Shown piece by piece: positions 9,274 through 16,859 of a stretch of 64,000 bases of DNA; the first letter of the stretch is position 1; each line of letters opens with the position of its first letter. The notes under the pieces were generated by a model, which was given only the letters and a program-made list of their open reading frames with translations, was not told the DNA's origin and ran no database searches. The stretch comes from a virus. Taxonomy: Duplodnaviria > Caudoviricetes. The position numbers and the translations under genes were made by a program. Location: positions 1-64,000 of IMG/VR virus record IMGVR_UViG_3300021426_000004; one strand, given 5' to 3'.

Positions 9274-9536
9274 ATATGGCAACGAAAATAGATGATTTTA
9301 TCAAAAGGGTCAAATCAACTGCCGAGGAAGATCTTTTTACTCCAAGAATATTTTACTATATTTCTGAACCAATGTTTGATGAAATGTGTGAACTATTAAA
9401 AGAGAAGAAAGCGGTTAAGCCAAGATTAAGCATAGAAGATAGATGTTATTACTGTGGAAAATGCAAAGAAACAGAAATAATGACTTATTACAATTACTGC
9501 CCAAACTGTGGAAGAGCGGTGAAGTGGGATGATTAA
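9267..9536 (+). CDS. array-family zinc-ribbon protein
   Basis: LLKEKKAVKP...CGKC...CPNCGRAVKWDD. Confidence 0.75.
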   Translation: MLNMATKIDDFIKRVKSTAEEDLFTPRIFYYISEPMFDEMCELLKEKKAVKPRLSIEDRCYYCGKCKETEIMTYYNYCPNCGRAVKWDD

Positions 9537-9870
9537 TAAGGATAAAGTAATGAAAGACATCGAGTACTGTTTGCGTCCTGATAATACAAACCTGTGCGGA
9601 GAGTGCTCTTATAAAGATATTTCCTATAATTGCAAACATGCTTTGATTAAAGATGTTTACGAGCTGCTGAAAGAGCAGGAAGCGAAAATAGAAAAACTTA
9701 TAGGATTTATAAATGGTTTTAGCAAGGATGCAGTTCCTGTTATCCGATGCAAGGATTGCAAACACTCATGTGACTATACAGATATTTTCCCTGACCGTGC
9801 ATATAAATGCATAAAAAATGGCAGATTTCACAATGAAAGATGGTACTGTGCTGACGGGGAAAGGAAGTAA
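9529..9870 (+). CDS. array-family protein
   Basis: KDKVMKDIE...LLKEQEA...IRCKDC...WYCADGERK. Confidence 0.75.
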   Translation: MINKDKVMKDIEYCLRPDNTNLCGECSYKDISYNCKHALIKDVYELLKEQEAKIEKLIGFINGFSKDAVPVIRCKDCKHSCDYTDIFPDRAYKCIKNGRFHNERWYCADGERK

Positions 9871-9877
9871 AACAGGA

Positions 9878-10150
9878 ATGACAGGTAAAGACTTGCGATA
9901 TTCCTTGGTGTTAAAAGGGATAAAACCTTCTGAATTAGCCAGTCGTATTGGTGTTTCGAGAAGTATGATTTCAAAGTGGCTTTCTGGCACATCAAAAATT
10001 CCATCAAAGCGTGAAGATGCCATCGTACATTTCCTTGGAGAAGTTACAGATGCTGAAGCAAAAGATAGGCGAAGAATAGAAGAAATAGTATCAACTATGT
10101 CAAAAGAAGAAAAAATCAATGCTATTCAATTTATATTAGGAACACTTTAA
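9878..10150 (+). CDS. XRE-family HTH regulator
   Basis: PSELASRIGVSRSMISKWLSG. Confidence 0.8.
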   Translation: MTGKDLRYSLVLKGIKPSELASRIGVSRSMISKWLSGTSKIPSKREDAIVHFLGEVTDAEAKDRRRIEEIVSTMSKEEKINAIQFILGTL

Positions 10151-10191
10151 GACAGATGGCAATGGAAAAAAGACAAAAGAAGGTGAACTGA

Positions 10192-10386
10192 ATGAACAAG
10201 GAAAAGGTTATGTTTTGGCTTAAGATATGTGGAAAAGAAGACGATTGCTCTGCTATTTGTCCTTACAGACTTGGAAGACCGACTTGCATGCGTAAACTTA
10301 TGGCTGACGCATATGAGTGCATGAAAGAACAGGAAGCGAAATCCACGCTAACAGCAGGAATAAACAAAATCCCATTAAAATGGTAA
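10192..10386 (+). CDS. array-family protein
   Basis: MNKEKV...CPY...MKEQEA...LKW. Confidence 0.7.
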   Translation: MNKEKVMFWLKICGKEDDCSAICPYRLGRPTCMRKLMADAYECMKEQEAKSTLTAGINKIPLKW

Positions 10387-10402
10387 AAAGGCGGTGGAGT
10401 GA

Positions 10403-10618
10403 ATGACGGATTGCAACAAAGTTATTAAAGATATTGAATACGCAAAAGACCTTTTACAGAATAGACCGGAACAGGATACTGTTGATTACAAAGTCTGGGA
10501 AGTATTGGATGATGCTCTCGACTTAATTCATGATTTACGAAGTCAAATCGCAATTCTTGTCGGAACACAGCACACTCTTTGCGAATTAATAGAGAAAGGA
10601 AATAATACGGAAAAATGA
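10403..10618 (+). CDS. array-family protein (N module only)
   Basis: MTDCNKVIKDIE...DDALDLI. Confidence 0.65.
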   Translation: MTDCNKVIKDIEYAKDLLQNRPEQDTVDYKVWEVLDDALDLIHDLRSQIAILVGTQHTLCELIEKGNNTEK

Positions 10619-10827
10619 AATTGTTTAAAAAGTCAAAACGAAAACGCTACAATTTACGGTCTGAACTTGCCAAATGGGTTGAAAAGAATATCGGTTCTGA
10701 ATATATAGCCGAAGCGCTTGAAAAATATGACAATATTAACAGTGGCATTCCGATTGGCGGTATGGCTGAAACGGTGGCATTTGTTGGCATGGTTGAAACC
10801 GTAAAAGCTGAAGTGGAAGGTCGGTGA
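10615..10827 (+). CDS. hypothetical protein
   Basis: ends VEGR* in junction motif. Confidence 0.6.
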   Translation: MKLFKKSKRKRYNLRSELAKWVEKNIGSEYIAEALEKYDNINSGIPIGGMAETVAFVGMVETVKAEVEGR

Positions 10828-10834
10828 AGTGTAA

Positions 10835-11026
10835 ATGACAAATGACGAGTGGACATTGAAGTCGGATGATTGGCGCAAAGGATGGCGTTACGGTCAAGGC
10901 GATGTATTTGTTCACAAAAAGAATACGCCTGATTTTATTGATGGATATAAATATGCCATTGAGCATCCGGAAGGAAGCTGTTATTCAGTAGACGCAACAA
11001 CAGGGAAAGACAATGAGGTAAAGTAG
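10835..11026 (+). CDS. hypothetical protein
   Basis: bounded by junction motifs. Confidence 0.6.
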   Translation: MTNDEWTLKSDDWRKGWRYGQGDVFVHKKNTPDFIDGYKYAIEHPEGSCYSVDATTGKDNEVK

Positions 11027-11027
11027 A

Positions 11028-11306
11028 ATGTCTGACAGGGAATTACTATTAGAACGGCTTAAACGGCTTGCAATTGTTCTTGACGAGTTAATGCCACAAT
11101 GCGCCGAATTAGTACGTGATACCATTGACTTGCTGAAGGAGCAAGATGCTGTAAAGCCTGTTCGTGATAAGAAAACAGGTCGTATATGGTTGTGCGGAAA
11201 ATGCGGTTCATATGTTGGATTTGAAGATCATGACGAGGATGACCCAAACGAGTTTGACAAATTCTGTCGTGAATGTGGACATCCAGTTTTGTGGGAAGGC
11301 CGGTGA
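11028..11306 (+). CDS. array-family zinc-ribbon protein
   Basis: MSDRE...LLKEQDAVKP...CGKCG...CRECG. Confidence 0.75.
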   Translation: MSDRELLLERLKRLAIVLDELMPQCAELVRDTIDLLKEQDAVKPVRDKKTGRIWLCGKCGSYVGFEDHDEDDPNEFDKFCRECGHPVLWEGR

Positions 11307-11311
11307 AGTTC

Positions 11312-11626
11312 ATGGACAGGGAGAAGATTATCAAAGGACTGCATGATACAAGACGGTATCTTGAGGACAAAGAATGGGTTGATAGAGGTGCATCACCGCA
11401 TATCGATTCAATTAATGACGCCCTTGCTCTGCTGAAAGAGCAGGAAACAAAAACAGGACATTGGGTTAGTGTTAAAGATGGAAACATTGTTGCAATAGAT
11501 AATGATGGATATCCAGAACAAGAATGTTTTTGTTCGGAATGTAAAAAATATCTTACTGCATCTGACGAGTATGCGGTTTATGGGAAATATTGTCCGTATT
11601 GTGGTGCAAAAATGGAAAGTCGGTGA
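11312..11626 (+). CDS. array-family zinc-ribbon protein
   Basis: MDREKIIKGL...LLKEQE..GHWV..CSEC..CPYCGAKM. Confidence 0.75.
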   Translation: MDREKIIKGLHDTRRYLEDKEWVDRGASPHIDSINDALALLKEQETKTGHWVSVKDGNIVAIDNDGYPEQECFCSECKKYLTASDEYAVYGKYCPYCGAKMESR

Positions 11627-11631
11627 AGTGA

Positions 11632-12051
11632 ATGGACAGGGAAAATGTTTTAAAAGGATTAAAATGTTGCATAAAAAGCACATGGAACGATCCTTTTGCA
11701 GAATGTGCACATTGCCCATATAACGATATCAGCATTGCTGTTCAGGATTGCAGAGCTGTTTTGTCTGCGGATGCGCTGGAACTACTGAAAGAGCAGGAAG
11801 CACGAGTGATGACGCTGGATGAGGTCAAAGCGTTTGATTGGGATTGTTGCTATTTGGAAGAAGAACGTTTGCCTGGAAAACAATACAAAATGATTTGCGG
11901 TGATTATGCATTAACCTGTATTACATGGCCATGCATTGCCTCAATACGGATACAGCGCGGTGACGACAGCTATGGCAAGAAATGGCGGTGTTGGTCTGCA
12001 AAGCCATCGGATGAGCAAAGAAAGACGGTGAAGTGGGATGGTTCAGATTGA
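11632..12051 (+). CDS. array-family protein
   Basis: MDRENVLKGL...LLKEQEARVMTLDE...YGKKWRCW..KP...VKW. Confidence 0.75.
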   Translation: MDRENVLKGLKCCIKSTWNDPFAECAHCPYNDISIAVQDCRAVLSADALELLKEQEARVMTLDEVKAFDWDCCYLEEERLPGKQYKMICGDYALTCITWPCIASIRIQRGDDSYGKKWRCWSAKPSDEQRKTVKWDGSD

Positions 12052-12310
12052 TATTCAGATGCCATCTGATTGTTATTCTTGTTGGGTGAGGAAAAACATG
12101 GGATGTAAGATTGCAAACGACAGTGGATGGCTGAATAATAAACGTGATGATAACTGTCCGTTGAAAAAACATGAAGCGAAAAATCCAGTTATACGTAAAA
12201 AGAATGGCTATTGGGATTATGTTTGTCCTACATGTGGAAGTCGTGATGAAGAACTTTTTCGTGAATGGAACTATTGTCCATATTGCGGACAAGAGGTGAA
12301 GTGGGAATGA
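12038..12310 (+). CDS. array-family zinc-ribbon protein
   Basis: IDIQMPSDC...CPLKKHEA...CPTCG...CPYCGQEVKWE. Confidence 0.75.
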   Translation: MVQIDIQMPSDCYSCWVRKNMGCKIANDSGWLNNKRDDNCPLKKHEAKNPVIRKKNGYWDYVCPTCGSRDEELFREWNYCPYCGQEVKWE

Positions 12311-12486
12311 ATGAGGATGTGTTTATTCTTTGCGTATTGGGGATTGCGGAAGCTGGCTGTATTATTGGGCTTATCGTTAATCATTTTCGTGAAAAGAAAA
12401 TTGAAAAAGAAACAGGAAAGAAGCCTACATATTATAGCGCCGTTGGTAATTGGTTGTGTGGAAGAACAAGGAGCTGGATGAAATGA
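12307..12486 (+). CDS. small membrane protein
   Basis: hydrophobic N-terminus; ATG follows junction motif. Confidence 0.55.
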   Translation: MNEDVFILCVLGIAEAGCIIGLIVNHFREKKIEKETGKKPTYYSAVGNWLCGRTRSWMK

Positions 12487-12773
12487 CTGACAGGGAAAAT
12501 GTTATCAGTACATTAGAGGATATAAAAACGCAAACTGCGGAAATCGGACTTGATAGTGCAGTAATAGCGCATAAATTTATTGACGAAATTCTTACTCTGC
12601 TGAAAGAGCAGGAAGCAGTTGAACCGACATTCAAACAAGGTGAAGACGGCATTTTTGTATGGGCCTGTGGTTCGTGTGGTGCGTACATGTATCACATTTA
12701 CGATGGAATCGACAAAGCGAAGGAATATGCAAAATACTGCCGTCAGTGCGGTAAAAAGGTGAAGTGGGAATGA
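12483..12773 (+). CDS. array-family zinc-ribbon protein
   Basis: MTDRENVI...LLKEQEAVEP...CGSCG...CRQCGKKVKWE. Confidence 0.75.
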   Translation: MTDRENVISTLEDIKTQTAEIGLDSAVIAHKFIDEILTLLKEQEAVEPTFKQGEDGIFVWACGSCGAYMYHIYDGIDKAKEYAKYCRQCGKKVKWE

Positions 12774-13126
12774 CAATTGAAGAATGGGCAAAAGATTTCA
12801 AATCATATGTAAACGCATTAACTATGTTTAGAGATGATTATAACGGCATCATGGAATACATTGACGATGCCATTGCTATACTGAAAGAACAGGACGCCGT
12901 TGAGATAAATAAAGAATACAACGCAGATGAAAATGCAGCCAAATGCTTGAATGCAATACAAACGATAAACAAATACATAGATGACGAAGAAGATGAATGT
13001 AGTTGTACATATTGGAAAGACAAAAAAGGTTATGCATTTCAAGCTGACACTGGCTACTTTTTCGAAGGTTTAGACAATTTTGAGGCATATCTCATAAAAC
13101 GGCTTAAGCAAGAGGCGAAGCAATAA
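12770..13126 (+). CDS. array-family protein
   Basis: DDAIAILKEQDAVE. Confidence 0.7.
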   Translation: MTIEEWAKDFKSYVNALTMFRDDYNGIMEYIDDAIAILKEQDAVEINKEYNADENAAKCLNAIQTINKYIDDEEDECSCTYWKDKKGYAFQADTGYFFEGLDNFEAYLIKRLKQEAKQ

Positions 13127-13317
13127 TGAAAATCACACAATCAAGCCATTGGAACATGCCAACAACCGATGGTTATAGCTTAACTGTGACATATGTTTAC
13201 TCAAGCAAATATTTGCATGAAATTGAAGATGTAGAAAAGAAACTTCCCAAGGGAATAATTATTATGGATACAGATAAACCTCAAAGGATGTATCCATTAG
13301 AGCAGGAAAGTAGGTGA
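13126..13317 (+). CDS. hypothetical protein
   Basis: ends LEQESR* at junction motif. Confidence 0.6.
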   Translation: MKITQSSHWNMPTTDGYSLTVTYVYSSKYLHEIEDVEKKLPKGIIIMDTDKPQRMYPLEQESR

Positions 13318-13323
13318 AGCGGA

Positions 13324-13476
13324 ATGAGTCTTGACAATGTTATCAGGTGCCTTGGAATAAATTTTCTGCTGATGGGTTATCTTGTATGTGCAACGCTTGT
13401 TCATATTGCTATTAACAGTTCAAGGATTCTGAAGAAGTTAGAGGAAATGAACAAAGACAAGCAGGAAGGTAGGTGA
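13324..13476 (+). CDS. small membrane protein (50 aa, not in ORF track)
   Basis: lies between two junction motifs; ends KQEGR*. Confidence 0.55.
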   Translation: MSLDNVIRCLGINFLLMGYLVCATLVHIAINSSRILKKLEEMNKDKQEGR

Positions 13477-13482
13477 AGTGGA

Positions 13483-13674
13483 ATGAGCGAGTGGCATAGC
13501 GTTGATTTTGCACAGCAAGGTTGGCAATGCCCTATTTGTAAACGGGTTTATTCGCCAACAATTCCAATGTGTTATTACTGTGGAAATGGTGTTCCTTATA
13601 CGGTTTCAAGCACAACAGTTGAGTTGCATCATGAATCTGTAAAGAAAACGGAAAAGCCGGAGGAAGAGTGGTAA
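13483..13674 (+). CDS. zinc-ribbon protein
   Basis: QQGWQCPICKRVYSPTIPMCYYC. Confidence 0.7.
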   Translation: MSEWHSVDFAQQGWQCPICKRVYSPTIPMCYYCGNGVPYTVSSTTVELHHESVKKTEKPEEEW

Positions 13675-13680
13675 AGTGGG

Positions 13681-13851
13681 ATGAATGAACCGGAAACCTC
13701 AAAACAGACGGTTTATGGAACGTGGGAAGAAGCAGATGAAATTCCTTATTATCCGAACGTTTTTGAACGGATATGGAATTTATTAAAAAATATGTTTACG
13801 AGGAAAAATAAAAAGGTCGGTGAAGTGAATGACGATCCAACGAATGATTGA
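13681..13851 (+). CDS. hypothetical protein (56 aa, not in ORF track)
   Basis: ATG directly after junction motif. Confidence 0.5.
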   Translation: MNEPETSKQTVYGTWEEADEIPYYPNVFERIWNLLKNMFTRKNKKVGEVNDDPTND

Positions 13852-14146
13852 ACTATTAGAAATTGAACATGAATGCATGCTCAGAGGATCGCACGATGAC
13901 TGCGACCGGAACTGTGCCGATTGTGAATTAGTGCAGGATGATGGTGATCTACATGAAATGTACACAAACGTTATTGGTCTGATGAAGGTCATGCAAAGAG
14001 AGCGTGAACCTATACCCGTTGAAATTTGTGGGAAAATTTTCGACACCAAATTTGGGGATTGCCCACACTGCGGAGAAAGGTTGAACAGCGAAGTGTACCC
14101 GCATTGGTGCGGATTCTGTGGACAGGCGGTGAAGTGGAATGCCTGA
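13829..14146 (+). CDS. array-family zinc-ribbon protein
   Basis: CDRNCADC...CPHCG...CGFCGQAVKW. Confidence 0.75.
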   Translation: MTIQRMIELLEIEHECMLRGSHDDCDRNCADCELVQDDGDLHEMYTNVIGLMKVMQREREPIPVEICGKIFDTKFGDCPHCGERLNSEVYPHWCGFCGQAVKWNA

Positions 14147-14399
14147 TATTGACAGACTCATCAAAGCATGGAAGATCTTCCGTGACAGCAACCCGTATGA
14201 AATCTGTAACGGCAGAGAATTCAGGGCGATAAGGGAGCCCGAATACTGCATGGGACAGATGATCGAGGATACCATTGCCATATTAAAAGAGCAGGAAGCA
14301 GAATTGCTCCAACAAGAAGCAGAGCTTGATATCCTTCGAAATATTTACAAGCAAGAAAACCCATACAACCAGGTGGTGAAGTGGGATGATAATAATTGA
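14139..14399 (+). CDS. array-family protein
   Basis: DTIAILKEQEA...VVKWD. Confidence 0.7.
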   Translation: MPDIDRLIKAWKIFRDSNPYEICNGREFRAIREPEYCMGQMIEDTIAILKEQEAELLQQEAELDILRNIYKQENPYNQVVKWDDNN

Positions 14400-14604
14400 T
14401 ATTCCTATGCCTGAGAATTGTTCAGATTGTCCATGCAATAATGATTATGTAAACTGTGGAATCAACCACAAAAGTTTTTACGATGATAAATTCGATGATC
14501 CTTTCACAAAGAGACCAGAATGGTGCCCATTAATTGAAATGGGAATTAAAAAAAAATGGAAAATGCAGATACTAGCAAATGAAGAAGGTGACAACATAGT
14601 ATGA
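14386..14604 (+). CDS. array-family Cys-rich protein
   Basis: IDIPMPENCSDCP...RPEWCPL; shares N module with 12038. Confidence 0.7.
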   Translation: MIIIDIPMPENCSDCPCNNDYVNCGINHKSFYDDKFDDPFTKRPEWCPLIEMGIKKKWKMQILANEEGDNIV

Positions 14605-14903
14605 AACGCATCATAATTGTGGCACTTCTGTTTGTTATGATGATTTGTCTGACTGGCTGTACATCTATAAATAATGGAATAGTTAAAGATAAATCATTTG
14701 TTCCAGCGCATCGAACATATCAACCGATTATAATGATGCAGAATAAACATACACAGATTATTCCACGATGGATATCACACGCTGATTCATGGAGTATTCT
14801 TGTTGAGAACGAGGATGGAAAAGAATGGTGGAATGTTACGCAAGATTATTATAATTCCGTGAATATCGGTGACTACGTAGACAGGCGAAAAACAGATAAT
14901 TAA
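14601..14903 (+). CDS. lipoprotein
   Basis: signal peptide with lipobox LTGC. Confidence 0.75.
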   Translation: MKRIIIVALLFVMMICLTGCTSINNGIVKDKSFVPAHRTYQPIIMMQNKHTQIIPRWISHADSWSILVENEDGKEWWNVTQDYYNSVNIGDYVDRRKTDN

Positions 14904-14961
14904 GTATATTCCATCAGAAACACGCAACAAACAAAAATTGAAAGAATCTTAAAATATTTTA

Positions 14962-15118
14962 TGAACGGTGGCGAAATAGGTAAACGCTCATACATCTGAG
15001 AGACGGGACATGGGGGAAGAACCTGCACCGACAATAACGAGACGAAGAAGTCGGCGGTCGGGACGGATGTGTAAAATACTAATCCCGTTATGTGAGGTGC
15101 AAATCCTCACCCGTTCAA
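14962..15118 (+). ncRNA. tRNA-like structured RNA, copy 1 (anticodon arm replaced by pseudoknot domain)
   Basis: acceptor TGAACGG/CCGTTCA, D arm GCG-AAATAGGTAAA-CGC, T arm GTGAGG-TGCAAAT-CCTCAC, ~100-nt insert. Confidence 0.7.
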
Positions 15119-15151
15119 TTACTATTTTATCAGTGAAGTGTTACATTAAAA

Positions 15152-15475
15152 GTGGAGGAATATATGGAAAAGCCAATTTATGAAGAAATTGATGAAGGTG
15201 GTAGATATCTGTGCAACGTTACGCTCTGTCGAGTATGTGGAAAACGTTTGTACGGACACAACATTTGCACAGAATGTAAAACACGAATCGATCACTGTAA
15301 TGACAAAAATGTTGCAACACAAAAACTGTCACCATCTGAGGTTGAATTGCTGAAAGAAATTCGCAAACAAACACAAGCTCCATATAGAGATATTGTAGAA
15401 GGAATAAGAATTTATAAGCTTGATAAGAAGAAGATTGTAAACTATCTTCGAGAGATAGCTATAGTTTATGCCTAA
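15152..15475 (+). CDS. zinc ribbon fused to EF-Ts N-terminal (UBA-like) domain
   Basis: CRVCG..CTEC; LLKEIRKQTQAPYRDIVEGI...KIVNYLRE. Confidence 0.6.
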   Translation: MEEYMEKPIYEEIDEGGRYLCNVTLCRVCGKRLYGHNICTECKTRIDHCNDKNVATQKLSPSEVELLKEIRKQTQAPYRDIVEGIRIYKLDKKKIVNYLREIAIVYA

Positions 15476-15517
15476 ATTACCGAGCGGCGGCTGAATAGGC
15501 AGAAGGGATTCAAGACA

Positions 15518-15700
15518 ATGTATGACTTCGAAATTGAATGGTTTTTAAAAAAGGAAGCAAAGAAGCCCGTTGTAAATTATAAAAAGTATGAAGACGCACT
15601 TCATCATTGTCCTTCGTGTGGGATAGTCCTTCCAGAAAGAGCAGTATATGGAGAATCAAATTTCTGTTACAAATGCGGTCAAAAGTTGAAATGGGAATAA
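15518..15700 (+). CDS. array-family zinc-ribbon protein
   Basis: KKPV...CPSCG...FCYKCGQKLKWE. Confidence 0.7.
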   Translation: MYDFEIEWFLKKEAKKPVVNYKKYEDALHHCPSCGIVLPERAVYGESNFCYKCGQKLKWE

Positions 15701-15732
15701 GAGAAACTTGCTGTTTCGGAGGTGAATACAAA

Positions 15733-15855
15733 GTGAGTTGTGACGATTGCAAACATTACCATTGGTATTACGATTACTGCGACAAATGGGATTGTGAAAT
15801 AGATGCAAGAGCTTGCAACTCGTGTTTTGAGGCACGAGAAACGCAGAAAAAGTGA
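15733..15855 (+). CDS. small Cys-rich protein
   Basis: GGAGGTGA RBS then GTG; SCDDCKHY...C. Confidence 0.55.
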   Translation: MSCDDCKHYHWYYDYCDKWDCEIDARACNSCFEARETQKK

Positions 15856-15876
15856 TGCTGTTAAATTACTGTATAA

Positions 15877-16026
15877 CGAGCGGTGACGGAAAAGGTAGAC
15901 GTGCTACCGGGAGACAGCTACCATCGGAGAGGTAACGTTACTCCGAGAGAAGAAGGAGTTATGGCTCATGCGACCCGCGATCTTGGTAAAGGCTGTCATG
16001 TGAGGTGCAAATCCTCACCTGCTCAA
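15877..16026 (+). ncRNA. tRNA-like structured RNA, copy 2
   Basis: acceptor CGAGCGG/CTGCTCA, D arm ACG-GAAAAGGTAGA-CGT, T arm identical to copy 1, same pseudoknot topology. Confidence 0.7.
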
Positions 16027-16061
16027 TTACTGTATTACGAAATGCCAAAAAGGGGTAACTA

Positions 16062-16274
16062 ATGAAACCGATAAAGACTAAAGAAGAATATCTACAAGCA
16101 TGGGATGACTACGACATAAAACTCCGTAATAAGATGATACAAGATTATAATACAATGAGCTATGATGAATTTATATCTAAGTATCATGGATATGATACAC
16201 AATTGATGTACAAATCGGATGATGAAATTCACAATTATAACATATTGTTATTCGACGATTTACAAATAGTATAG
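16062..16274 (+). CDS. hypothetical protein
   Basis: AGGGG RBS, 70 aa. Confidence 0.6.
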   Translation: MKPIKTKEEYLQAWDDYDIKLRNKMIQDYNTMSYDEFISKYHGYDTQLMYKSDDEIHNYNILLFDDLQIV

Positions 16275-16333
16275 TATACATTTGCTGTATTACGAAGTAT
16301 CAGTATGTAGCGGTAGTAAGAGAAAGGAGAAAT

Positions 16334-16837
16334 ATGTATACAAAATCTCAAACTAAGGTAAAAGTAGTCAAAAATTCAAACGGTGATACGAGACACGCAG
16401 ATCACATCCCAACGATTTCTGAGTTCAACAAAGCAAACGAATCACATCGTGGTGATGTTGGTAGACTTATAGAAAGGTTCTGTGCATTGCTTAAGCGATC
16501 AGCAGAAAAACATGACTGGTCAAAGGTGACAGAGCCTTATCGAAGTATGTTTTACCGGGATATGGTTGCAACGATGGAAGGACGGATGCAGTTCGAGGAC
16601 AGCGAATGGTGCAGACTGCACTATGAAGAACTTGAACGGCATCATCTTCGTAGACATGTGCCGGACGATGTTGATTTGTTCGATGTGATTGAGATGGTTT
16701 GCGATTGTGTTTCTGCGGGAATGGCACGAAGCGGAGAAGTCAGGCCGCTTGAAATTTCCGATGACGTGTTTCAAAGAGCTCTGGAAAACACTGTTAAAAT
16801 CCTTCAGAACGAAATCGAACTAGCAGATGACAAATAA
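16334..16837 (+). CDS. HD-like metal-binding protein (DUF5662-like)
   Basis: H..DV...KHDWSK...HY..ERHH...EMVCD. Confidence 0.65.
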   Translation: MYTKSQTKVKVVKNSNGDTRHADHIPTISEFNKANESHRGDVGRLIERFCALLKRSAEKHDWSKVTEPYRSMFYRDMVATMEGRMQFEDSEWCRLHYEELERHHLRRHVPDDVDLFDVIEMVCDCVSAGMARSGEVRPLEISDDVFQRALENTVKILQNEIELADDK

Positions 16838-16859
16838 ATTGCTGTTTAACAAAACTATA

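Larger units (their letters stand above)
6746..14299 (+). repeat. dispersed mid-gene repeat CTGAAAGAGCAGGAAGC (LKEQE)
   Basis: copies at 6746, 9667, 10321, 11133, 11432, 11785, 12600, 12881, 14283. Confidence 0.85.
6920..14383 (+). repeat. dispersed gene-junction repeat GGTGAAGTG
   Basis: 11 exact and 5 one-mismatch copies, each 1-3 nt before an ATG. Confidence 0.85.
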
